Assembly: GCA_963662285.2 (NCBI GenBank)
Contig: CAXXMV010000008.1
Coordinates: 800,001 to 864,000, forward strand
From: a bacterium
Lineage (GTDB): Bacteria > Hinthialibacterota > Hinthialibacteria > Hinthialibacterales > Hinthialibacteraceae
Reading direction: 5' to 3'
Length of the DNA stretch: 64,000 bases
Position 1 is the stretch's first letter. The number at the start of each line of letters is the position of its first letter. Below the pieces are notes generated by a model. The model saw only the letters and a list, made by a program, of their open reading frames with translations. It was not told the origin of the DNA and ran no database searches. A program made the position numbers and the translations under genes. Shown here piece after piece: positions 47,736 through 57,132 of the stretch.

Positions 47736-48182
47736 ATGAGTGAAACATACCGTATTTCCATATCGTGGTTAAGCGTATTATTGATCCTACTCTTAGGGTT
47801 CGAGAATACTATTGCTTTTTCCACTCCTCAAACATTGGATTGCTCAACCATTTCCGCTGTACCAGACTGCCCGGAAGAGGTAACTTGTTGTTGCTCTGAA
47901 GATGAAAGAACCGGATCATGTTGTGATGCACCAGACCATACCAGCGTTTCCAATATTGAATCATGCCATTGCGGGATATTCTCAAACTCTAACCAGCCTG
48001 CTACTCCAACCAGATATTACTCAGAATTTAACTCTTACGAAAAGAAAAATAACAATAATTGCTCTGTTAATTCATATACTTATAATGGGATATTTCATCA
48101 AAACACCATCTGCATTTCCTGTTCCAGTCTCATAAATACATGCCCTTCACCATGCATAGCGAAAGTGCGCCTGCGTCTTTAG
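47736..48182 (+). CDS. Cys-rich small exported protein upstream of metal-efflux operon
   Basis: Hydrophobic N-terminus; TCCC, SCCD, CHC; ends PSPCIAKVRLRL. Confidence 0.6.
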   Translation: MSETYRISISWLSVLLILLLGFENTIAFSTPQTLDCSTISAVPDCPEEVTCCCSEDERTGSCCDAPDHTSVSNIESCHCGIFSNSNQPATPTRYYSEFNSYEKKNNNNCSVNSYTYNGIFHQNTICISCSSLINTCPSPCIAKVRLRL

Positions 48183-48290
48183 ATTTCTTATATGTTCATA
48201 ACTCATCTCATGTCATTTCCAATTTTTCCGGTTTTGTAAAATCGTAAATTATTAATGTTGTGATTTCATAAATGACAGATAGGAAAAATC

Positions 48291-48528
48291 ATGTTGCCCA
48301 AAACCATTGTTTTTCTATTACTAATTTTCACGTTCTCAGGACAGTCAGCCTTTCCTGATGACAAAATTCATTTGCCGGATTTAATCAAAACCGCTGTCGA
48401 AAGCAATACCGATATCCAATCAGCCAAAGCGCAATGGACGCAAACCATCGAGCGCTACCCCCAGGCGACCTCCCTGGATGATCCCATATTAAATTTCTCA
48501 TATTACATAGAAAACGTAGAAACCCGCC
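48291..48528 (+). pseudogene. TolC/CusC-like outer-membrane channel, truncated at a REP
   Basis: Signal peptide, LPDLIKTAVESNTDIQSA..SLDDP..VETR, then REP-A1 (48529-48568) and A2 (48627-48660). Confidence 0.75.
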
Positions 48529-48712
48529 GGGCGCCAAGGGCAAGACCGCAACGCGGTCAGCCCTTGATCAAGCCACCCAATATAATCCAAAGTGAAACGG
48601 CAAGAATAGGCGCCAAGCCGGGCGCCGGGCGCCAAGGGCAGTGTATTTTCAGCCCTTGATCAAACCACCCAATATTAACCGGATTTAATCAATTAAATTA
48701 AGGAGATCAATC

Positions 48713-50632
48713 ATGAATCAAATCAATAGATCGTTTCTATCAAAATACTCAGGCGTCCTGATAGGAATCATTATAGGATTCGCCCTTGCGCTGTTTTTTA
48801 TCCCACACCCCGCCGATCAACATTCAATCAACAATATTGAAAAACCAGCGGAGGAAGCGCCCACTCTATGGACCTGCTCCATGCATCCCAATGTTCAAAA
48901 AACCGAACCGGGAGACTGCCCCTTTTGCGGCATGGATTTAATCCCCCTGATCTCTTCAGGAGATGACGGAGAACCACGGCAATTGACCATGTCCCCGGTC
49001 GCCATGAAACTGGCGGAAATCCAAACCACCGCGGTGCGCCGTGAATTCATCGAACGAGAACTGCGCCTGTCCGGCAAAGTGGCTTACGACGAGACCCGGT
49101 TGAAATATATCACCGCCTGGTTTCCGGGTCGCCTGGACCGCCTGTTCGTCGATTATACCGGAACCCCTGTACAAAAAGGCGACCACCTGGTTGAGATATA
49201 CAGCCCTGCAATAACCACCGATCAGGAAGCCTTGCTCCAAGCGCTGCAAGCCAGCAAAACGCTGGCCAACTCTACCGTGTCACAGGTTCGCGCCAGCCGC
49301 ACTGATGTTCTTGACCGGGCGCGGGAGAGATTGCGCCTGCTGGGATTAACCGCTTAACAAATTCAGGAAATTGAAACTCGCGGTTCTCCTTCAGAACGGA
49401 TCACCTTTTACTCTCCCATCAACGGCGTCGTGATCCACAAGAACACCCTGCAGGGAGATTACGTCCAAACCGGAACCCGGATTTACACCATCGCCGATTT
49501 AAGCCAGGTCTGGTTGAAAATGGATGCCTACGAGTCGGATCTAACATGGATTCATTATGGACAGCAAGTTGAATTCACCACCATCTCTTACCCCGGCCAA
49601 GTCTTCCACGGCCGGATATCGTTCATCGATCCATTCTTAAATGAACTAACCAGGACAGTTAAAGTCTGGGTTAACGTCGCTAACCCGAACGGCAAACTGA
49701 AACCGGATATGTTCATCAATGCAGTAGTTCGCGCCAAAGTTAACGCAAACGGAGAATTCCTCGATCAGCAATTGGCAGGCAAATGGATCAGCCCAATGCA
49801 CCCCGAAATAATCAAAGACCAACCGGGAACCTGTGATATCTGCGGCATGCCGCTGGTTAAAGCTGAAAGCCTCGGCTACGTCGACGCGGATAAAAATATA
49901 GAACCGCCCCTCATCATCCCCGGCACGGCCCCGCTCATCACCGGAACGCGGGCCGTGGTTTATGTAAAAATTCCCGATGCGGAAAAACCTACATTCGAGG
50001 GACGCGAAATCATATTAGGAGCAAGGCTTAAAGACCATTACATTGTTAAGTCAGGTCTGGAAGAAGGCGACCAGGTCGTCGTCAAAGGCAATTTCAAAAT
50101 TGACGGCGCCCTGCAGATTCAAGCCAAACCCAGCATGATGAGTCCAGCGGATCAAAAACCAAGTGACGCGCCCGAACCTTCAGAAGCCATGCCTGCCAGT
50201 CCTGTAAGCCCTGAAGCGGCGCCGCAAATCCTTCCATCTACAAGCATCCCGGATTTCCTCTCAGCCTATAAATCAATATGGACGGCGTTGTATAGCGATG
50301 ATCTACCCAAAGCCCGACAAGGTTCCAAAGCATGGGTGGATGCCGCCAAAAAGCATTCCTTAAAAAACATAGAGATGATCGGTCACAAAGTGATGCATGC
50401 CTCCGATATTGAAATTGCCCGGCAGGCCTTCGGGCAAATGTCCGGCCTGCTTATTGCTGCAATAGAAAAGCATGGCTCGCAATCCGGCGTCCTCTATGCC
50501 GCCCACTGCCCTATGGCTTTTGATAACAAGGGCGCCCGATGGCTGCAATGGGATCAAAAAATCCTTAATCCCTACTTCGGAGACGCCATGCTGGAATGCG
50601 GCGCCATAACCAAAACATTCGCCGCCAAATAG
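48713..50632 (+). pseudogene. cusB: CusB-like RND periplasmic adaptor with heavy-metal-binding motifs; single in-frame TAA
   Basis: WTCSMHP..CPFCGMDL, WISPMHP..CDICGM, HCPMAF..NPYFGDAMLECG; LGLTA*QIQEIE at 49355-49357, and the same frame continues into the 49430 ORF. Confidence 0.85.
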
Positions 50633-50651
50633 AACGAAAGAGCGCTGAATC

Positions 50652-52965
50652 ATGTTAGATAAACTAATCAGGTTTTGCCTTGAAAATAAAATCGTCGTAG
50701 CGCTGATGGTGGTTTTCCTGGTTCTCTGGGGAATCATGGTGGCGCCCTTCGACTGGAATATCTCCGCCATTCGCCCATCTGCTGTTCTCCACCAAAAAAA
50801 TTCGCAGCCATGTCATGCGCTACCTGCTCTACGCGCTGCTCTGCATCATCGGCGTCATCGCCGCATTCACCGTTGCATGGTGGATCGGGATCATTATCCT
50901 GGGCTTTGCGTTCTATCACTTTATCTCCCAACGAATGCCAGATCATGCAAAAAAGCGTATGCCCCTGGCGCTCAACCTAATCGCTCTACTGGTTATTATA
51001 ACGGTATTGAGCAATCACTGGCTGCCGCTTGGACCGGGTAAAGGAGTAACCCGCAACTGGATTTTCGTAGTAGGATTATTAGGCGGCATCCTGGCGCTGA
51101 TCCAATTGTTCCAATATTTCTACGCCCCCATCCTGCGTTGGTGCCTGGATCATAAATTATTATTTCTAACCATTCCAACCATGCTTATTCTCTGGGGCGC
51201 GGTTATCTGGCTGGGATTCGACAAACTATTCGGATTCCTGCCCCGCTTCGTCATGACTGCGCCGATCATCTCCAGCATCAGCCATGCCTTCCCCGGCCTG
51301 GGCAAAGAGTTCATGCCCGATCTGGATGAAGGCTCCTATCTCTACATGCCCACCACCATGCCCCATGCCTCCATCGGCGAAGCCATGGATGTATTGCAGA
51401 AGTTGGATATGGCCATCAACGCCATCCCCGAAGTCGAACAGGTAGTCGGCAAAATAGGCCGCGTCGAGAGTCCCCTTGACCCCGCTCCCATCTCTATGGT
51501 CGAGACCATAATTAATTACAAATCCGAATACATAGTCGATCAGGATGGTCATTGGCTGCGCTTCAAATACAACCGCGATACAGCCCAATTTGAACGCGAT
51601 GAGCATAATGAACTGATACCCGACGCCAACGGCATGCCCTTCCGCCAGTGGCGCGATGAGATCAAGTCTCCCGGTGATATATGGGATGCCATTGTAAAAG
51701 CCGCCCAAATTCCGGGAACCACTTCCGCCCCCAAACTGCAACCCATCGCCGCCCGCATCGTCATGCTGCAAAGCGGCATGCGCGCCCCTATGGGCATTAA
51801 AATAAAAGGCCCCGATCTGCAAACCATCGAAAATGTCGGCTTGCAGATCGAACAATTTTTGCAAGAGGTTCCATCAGTTAAAGCCGAAGCCGTCTTCGCC
51901 GACCGCATCGTAGGCAAACCGTATCTGGAAATCGACATAGACCGCGACGCCATCGCCCGCTATGGAATCACCATCCGTCAGATTCAGGATGTTATCGAGA
52001 TTGCCATCGGCGGTCGCAGCATCACCACCACTATCGAAGGACGTGAGAGATACTCAGTTCGCGTCCGTTACCTGCGCGAGCTGCGCGACTCCATCGAATC
52101 CCTGGGATCAATCCTGGTTCCTTCGCCTACCGGCGCCCAGATTCCATTACGGGAACTATCCGAAACCAAATACGTCCGGGGGCCGCAAGTAATTAAAAGC
52201 GAAGACACATTCCTGATTGGCTATGTTCTCTTTGACAAGAAGGATGGTTACACAGAGGTTGATACAGTTGAGCAAGCCCAGGCTTACTTAAAACAAAAAC
52301 AACAATCCGGCGAATTAATCATCCCGTCAGGCGTGAGTTATACCTTCGCGGGCAACTACCAAAACCAGCTGCGCTCCGAAAAACGTCTGTGCGTTGTGCT
52401 GCCCCTGGCCTTATTCGTAATTTTCATGATCCTCTATTTTCAATTCAAAGACGCGCCGACCACCCTGATTGTATTTTCGGGAATCCTGGTCGCCTGGGCT
52501 GGCGGTTTTCAAATGCTCTGGCTCTACTCGCAGGACTGGTTCCTCAACTTCAACATTTTCGGAGAAAACATGCGCAACCTCTTCCAGGTTCAGCCCTTCA
52601 ACCTGAGCGTCGCCGTCTGGGTAGGATTCCTCGCCCTTTTCGGCATCGCCACCGATGACGGCGTAATCATCACCACCTACTTAAATCAGTCCTTCTCCAA
52701 CAATCGGCCAACATCGATCCAGGCCATACGCCAGGCCACTCTCGAAGCTGGCAGACGCCGCATCCGTCCCTGCCTGATGACCGTGACCACAACCATCCTG
52801 GCCTTGATACCAGTGCTAACCTCCAAAGGACGCGGCGCCGACATCATGATCCCCATGGCCATCCCCTCATTCGGAGGAATGACGGTCGTCCTCATCACCG
52901 TCTTCGTCGTACCAGTGCTGTACTGCGCCCTTCAAGAAATGCGATTCAAGACTGTTCCAAAATGA
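50652..52965 (+). pseudogene. cusA: CusA/CzcA RND permease with a large internal deletion and frameshift
   Basis: MLDKLIRFCLENK..APFDW joined out of frame near 50760 to PPFAHLLF; then EFMPDLDEG, VGFLALFGIATDDG, RIRPCLMT. Confidence 0.85.
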
Positions 52966-53066
52966 AAACAAAATTGTAAACCAATCTATCCATTGTATAA
53001 TTGATATGCTATAAAGTAGATAATAAAACTGGATTTTGATATAAATCCATAACAAAAGGAGAAGAA

Positions 53067-55241
53067 ATGCACAAAATATCAATTTTACTATTTGGACTAC
53101 TGATTATCTGCCCCATGAGTTATGCGGCCGATGACACGGATATCTGGATCGCTGGCTTTGAATGGGAAGAAGACAGTTTCGATTGGGTGTTTAGCGGCGG
53201 TAAAGTGGCTTACTCAGTTGGCGACGATCCCGAAGTGGACGGCGCCCCGCGCCTCGAAGGCGAAAGCGGTCTATTAGTGGAATACTCGGCCGATCAAGGT
53301 GACACCTATGGCACGTCCACAATGCAATTCACTTCGGCGATAGATCTGACCGGCATGCGTGAACTGCATATTTCATTCTACTTTTTCCCCGATGCGGAAG
53401 CTCATTCCAGCAATGGATATATCATGCGCTTTTCAATCCCCGGCGGGATTGGCTTGGGCGAGCACACCGTCCCCGGCGCTGGTGAATGGCATGAACTGGT
53501 CATCCCCATTGATCCCTACAGTTCTGAAAACGAATTGTCCAGCATCAATCAACTTCAGATTATTTTCATGCCCGGCGAAATGGTCACCGGTCGGGTCTAC
53601 ATCGATAATATCTTCGCACGCCGTCCGGCCAACGCCCCTGGAATAGCAATGGAAACCATTTATGGCTTGAATAAAACCAATGCCAATAATACAGCGCCTG
53701 AAGGTTGGGCTAATTCTAACGGGGAAGCGCCCATCATGGGCGACGCCGTAGCCGTTCCCAGCGAAGGCGCAGATTACATGGAAATGATTCTCAGCGGCGC
53801 ATGGGAAATCAACGCCACAACCATCAATGCCATCAACGATTTCGATAAATGGGATCAAACCATTGGCATTGTTTGCGACGCCATGATGAGCGATTCATTT
53901 GATGGTTCATGGCACAATTTCATGTTAAGAGTCACATCGAGCACTGGTGGAACGCTAACCTTGCCTATCCGCGCTACCGGAGGATGGAAAGGCGAATGGC
54001 ATACCATCGGTTGGGGATTGGACATCGGACCCCATCTGGCTGCCATTCAAAGCGGCGGAACATTCAACCTGCAATTCGTCACCCAGAGCGCTGATGGAAC
54101 CGGTGGTTCAATTTACGTCGATAATATCCGCGCAGTCCTCTCCACTTCATATACTATGGTCACCCGTTCCATCAATCCCAAACAGTATGAAGGCGGCGAA
54201 ACCTTCAACATCACGCTCGACATCAATAACTCCGAAGATGGCAAGCAAGTAACCATTGAAGAAATATTGCCCGAAGGATTCAGCGCCGCTGCTATCAGCG
54301 ATGGTGGAACCTTAGCCGATGGCAAAATCACCTGGGATCTAACTATCCCAGCTGGTCAAACCTCCTTGACCTACCAATGCACCTCTCCAGCAACGCCAAC
54401 CGGACAGGCCTATTGGTCCGGTACTGCATTAGGCGATGATATCCGGGGCGCAGTTACATCATTCTTTATATCCCCTGAATTAAAAGAGACCATGGTTTCA
54501 GCGCCGAAACTATCCAACACCGTAACCCTGGACGGTAAACTTGATCCGGCTGAATATGATGGCGCCAACTCATATTTCTTCGATCATGATACATCCAACG
54601 GCAACGTGGCGCCTGGAGTGCATATTACCGGCACGGAATATCCGTCCGCCGAAGAAAATGTCACCTTCCAAATTTTCCATGATGATACTTATATTTACGT
54701 TGGTATGGATGTCGTCGATCCCAGTCTTAATTTTGACGGCAGCACAGCTGGTTATCAAAACGATAGCGCGGAAATCTATTTCGATGGCAACATGTCCCGC
54801 TCCGCCAATAAAGAACAGACTCCGTTTGGTCCACAGTTGACAGTGGTTGGCGATGGCAGCATAGCCTCATCCAATGGCTCGGCCCTCGATGTCCAGGCTA
54901 TCGGTAACGGCAATTTCACCGAAGAAGGCAGAGATTCCGCCTCCGGTCCGGTCTATTGGGGATTCGGCGCGGCGCCCAAAGACGACAACTCCGGATATAT
55001 AGTTGAATACCGCGTTGACAAGACCGTCATCCTTGATCCGGCGGATCGTACTCTATTAGGATTCGACATCCTCATGAACAGTTCCGAAGCAGGTCTAGTC
55101 GATACCCGCACCGGTAAATGGGGTTGGCACTCAACCGGTCCTGATGGCGTGGTAGGCGAATTCTGGGACGACGAAACCGGATGGGGCCTATTAACCATCC
55201 TGGACGGCGGTACCAGTGTTTCTGATTGGAGCCTGTTCTAG
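53067..55241 (+). CDS. Secreted multi-domain carbohydrate-binding-like protein (two jelly-roll-like modules, CBM9-like domain) with C-terminal W-x-L-F tail
   Basis: Signal peptide; repeated GRVYIDNI / GSIYVDNI; VTLDGKLDPAEY, YIYVGMDVVD, DSAEIYFD; ends TSVSDWSLF. Confidence 0.7.
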   Translation: MHKISILLFGLLIICPMSYAADDTDIWIAGFEWEEDSFDWVFSGGKVAYSVGDDPEVDGAPRLEGESGLLVEYSADQGDTYGTSTMQFTSAIDLTGMRELHISFYFFPDAEAHSSNGYIMRFSIPGGIGLGEHTVPGAGEWHELVIPIDPYSSENELSSINQLQIIFMPGEMVTGRVYIDNIFARRPANAPGIAMETIYGLNKTNANNTAPEGWANSNGEAPIMGDAVAVPSEGADYMEMILSGAWEINATTINAINDFDKWDQTIGIVCDAMMSDSFDGSWHNFMLRVTSSTGGTLTLPIRATGGWKGEWHTIGWGLDIGPHLAAIQSGGTFNLQFVTQSADGTGGSIYVDNIRAVLSTSYTMVTRSINPKQYEGGETFNITLDINNSEDGKQVTIEEILPEGFSAAAISDGGTLADGKITWDLTIPAGQTSLTYQCTSPATPTGQAYWSGTALGDDIRGAVTSFFISPELKETMVSAPKLSNTVTLDGKLDPAEYDGANSYFFDHDTSNGNVAPGVHITGTEYPSAEENVTFQIFHDDTYIYVGMDVVDPSLNFDGSTAGYQNDSAEIYFDGNMSRSANKEQTPFGPQLTVVGDGSIASSNGSALDVQAIGNGNFTEEGRDSASGPVYWGFGAAPKDDNSGYIVEYRVDKTVILDPADRTLLGFDILMNSSEAGLVDTRTGKWGWHSTGPDGVVGEFWDDETGWGLLTILDGGTSVSDWSLF

Positions 55242-55271
55242 CAAACCTGTAAACAGTCTAAAGTAAGTAAT

Positions 55272-55305
55272 TTGAGGGTGGGCTAAAATTATAGCCCACC
55301 CTCAA
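55272..55305. terminator. Perfect hairpin, REP-B-derived, terminator-like
   Basis: TTGAGGGTGGGCTA-AAATTA-TAGCCCACCCTCAA. Confidence 0.65.
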
Positions 55306-55494
55306 TTATTACATGCAGGCGCCAGCAAGTAGCTGTGAGTATGAGATATAAACGCCAGTATAACCCGTCAAATCCACTTATTCCCAACCATACCCTCCCC
55401 ATCAAAAAACACCTGTCTTTTATTTTCATCAGACAACAACCTATACCCTGTTATATAATATAAATCAATCAATCCTTTTGAACTGGAGGGAATC

Positions 55495-56022
55495 ATGAAA
55501 GCATTTTTTACTTTTGTCTTCGGCATGTTAATCATCTCCGTCATTTCCTGGTTCCTGCTCACTTATGTACTGGTATCGGATGTGCAACGCGTTGAACGTA
55601 CCATAGAGAAAGCCCGGCGCTGCTTCGAAAACGGCGCCCTGATCAGCTTGGCCAATATGTTCGCCAAGGATTATCAGCACGAGAACGGCCTGGGACGCGA
55701 CGAAGCCCTTGGCGCACTCAAAGAACTTTTCCAACAGACCTCAGATATTCGCATACGTTTGATCAGCTCATCAACCAAGGTTGATGGCGCCCTGGCCCAA
55801 TCAACCGTGCGCTTCCTCTTTTCGGGTAAATCACTCCATACCTATCCCTATATTCAATCTCTTCTTTCCAACGCTTCAAAAGAAAGTAAAGAAATTCATA
55901 TTACATTCATTAAAGATGGACGTTCGTGGAAAATTCATCGTACCTCTATCAAAGTGGTTAGAGTACAGGCGCGCGCCCGTAATATTCAACCAGAGTTTCT
56001 CGCATCGGTGCGCAACGATTAA
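55495..56022 (+). CDS. Membrane-anchored hypothetical protein, NTF2-like
   Basis: N-terminal TM; FAKDY and FIKDGRSWKI typical of NTF2-like folds. Confidence 0.6.
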   Translation: MKAFFTFVFGMLIISVISWFLLTYVLVSDVQRVERTIEKARRCFENGALISLANMFAKDYQHENGLGRDEALGALKELFQQTSDIRIRLISSSTKVDGALAQSTVRFLFSGKSLHTYPYIQSLLSNASKESKEIHITFIKDGRSWKIHRTSIKVVRVQARARNIQPEFLASVRND

Positions 56023-56205
56023 TTCTCCTCAGACTCCAACCACAATTACAATAACGTTGTCAACATCTTCCCTCTACATCAAGTTACGGGTAGGATTAGA
56101 GCGGTTAACAACCGCATAGACGCACGTTGTTTTGAAAATCACTGGCACTCGTAATATAATAATTATTATCAAAATAAAATCATTACCAGATCATTTAATT
56201 TATTC

Positions 56206-56958
56206 ATGAATATGAACCAAAACAGAGTTATTCGCGAACAGGAACATTTCGATAAACTTGCCCAGGATACCGGTGAAATCTGGTGGGGAAGCGCCACTCC
56301 GGCAGGCAAATTACGCAAGCAACGGCGCGCCAGGCTGATTCTGGATGCCATCAGCTCCTATGATGATCCACTGGTTTTGGAATTAGGCTGCGGCACCGGC
56401 GCCTTGACGCGCTATATTCTGGACATGAATCCAACGTTGCGGCTGATTGGATTCGACGTCTCGCCGCTTTGCATCAAAGAAGCCATTGAGCGTTTTCAGC
56501 AGTTTAAAAGAGTCGATTTTCAAGTCGCCAATGCTTATCAGTTGCCCTTCAAAGACAACATCGCCGAAGCGGTGATTGGCGCATCAGTCATTCATCATCT
56601 GGATGTCGAAAAATCCTTGCAGGAATGTTTCCGGGTTCTTAAACCGGGCGGTTCGGTCTGGTTTTCTGAACCGAACATGATGAATCCCCAAGTCGCCATT
56701 GAAAAGAACATCCACTTCATCGGCCGCTTGTTGGATAATACCGACGATGAGACAGCTTTCTTTCGCTGGCGCCTGGCCCGACAACTGCGGGACGCCGGAT
56801 TCGACAAGGTCTGCGTCACGCCCTACGATTTCATGCATCCCATCATCCCCAAACCGCTGATCCCTTTAATCAATGGATTAGGATTATTACTCGAATCAAT
56901 CCCCATTGCCAGAGAGATTTCAGGATCACTGATCGTCCAAGCTGAGAAGCCAAAATGA
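56206..56958 (+). CDS. Class I SAM-dependent methyltransferase
   Basis: VLELGCGTG, GFDVS, LPFKD, RVLKPGG. Confidence 0.92.
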   Translation: MNMNQNRVIREQEHFDKLAQDTGEIWWGSATPAGKLRKQRRARLILDAISSYDDPLVLELGCGTGALTRYILDMNPTLRLIGFDVSPLCIKEAIERFQQFKRVDFQVANAYQLPFKDNIAEAVIGASVIHHLDVEKSLQECFRVLKPGGSVWFSEPNMMNPQVAIEKNIHFIGRLLDNTDDETAFFRWRLARQLRDAGFDKVCVTPYDFMHPIIPKPLIPLINGLGLLLESIPIAREISGSLIVQAEKPK

Positions 56959-57076
56959 AGCCGTTAATTTGTAAAAAAAATTCATACAAAAAACTCCATC
57001 TCTTAGAACCATCTCTTAGTCTCCTCTCCCCACAGGAAAGGAATAGCATAAGTAATATTCTAAATCTACTCAAGCG

Positions 57077-57105
57077 TAGGATGGGTCAGCCTCACCGACC
57101 CATCA
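57077..57105 (+). repeat. GTAG REP with compensatory stem change
   Basis: GTAGGATGGGTC..GACCCATC versus GTAGGGTGGGTC..GACCCACC at 47100. Confidence 0.8.
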
Positions 57106-57132
57106 CAAATCCACCCCTGACGACTAAAACCT

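Noticed and set aside
49355-49357. Stop-codon recoding in cusB
   Set aside because: Single TAA; neighbouring genes are also broken and TAA ends many normal genes here, so a nonsense mutation is more likely.
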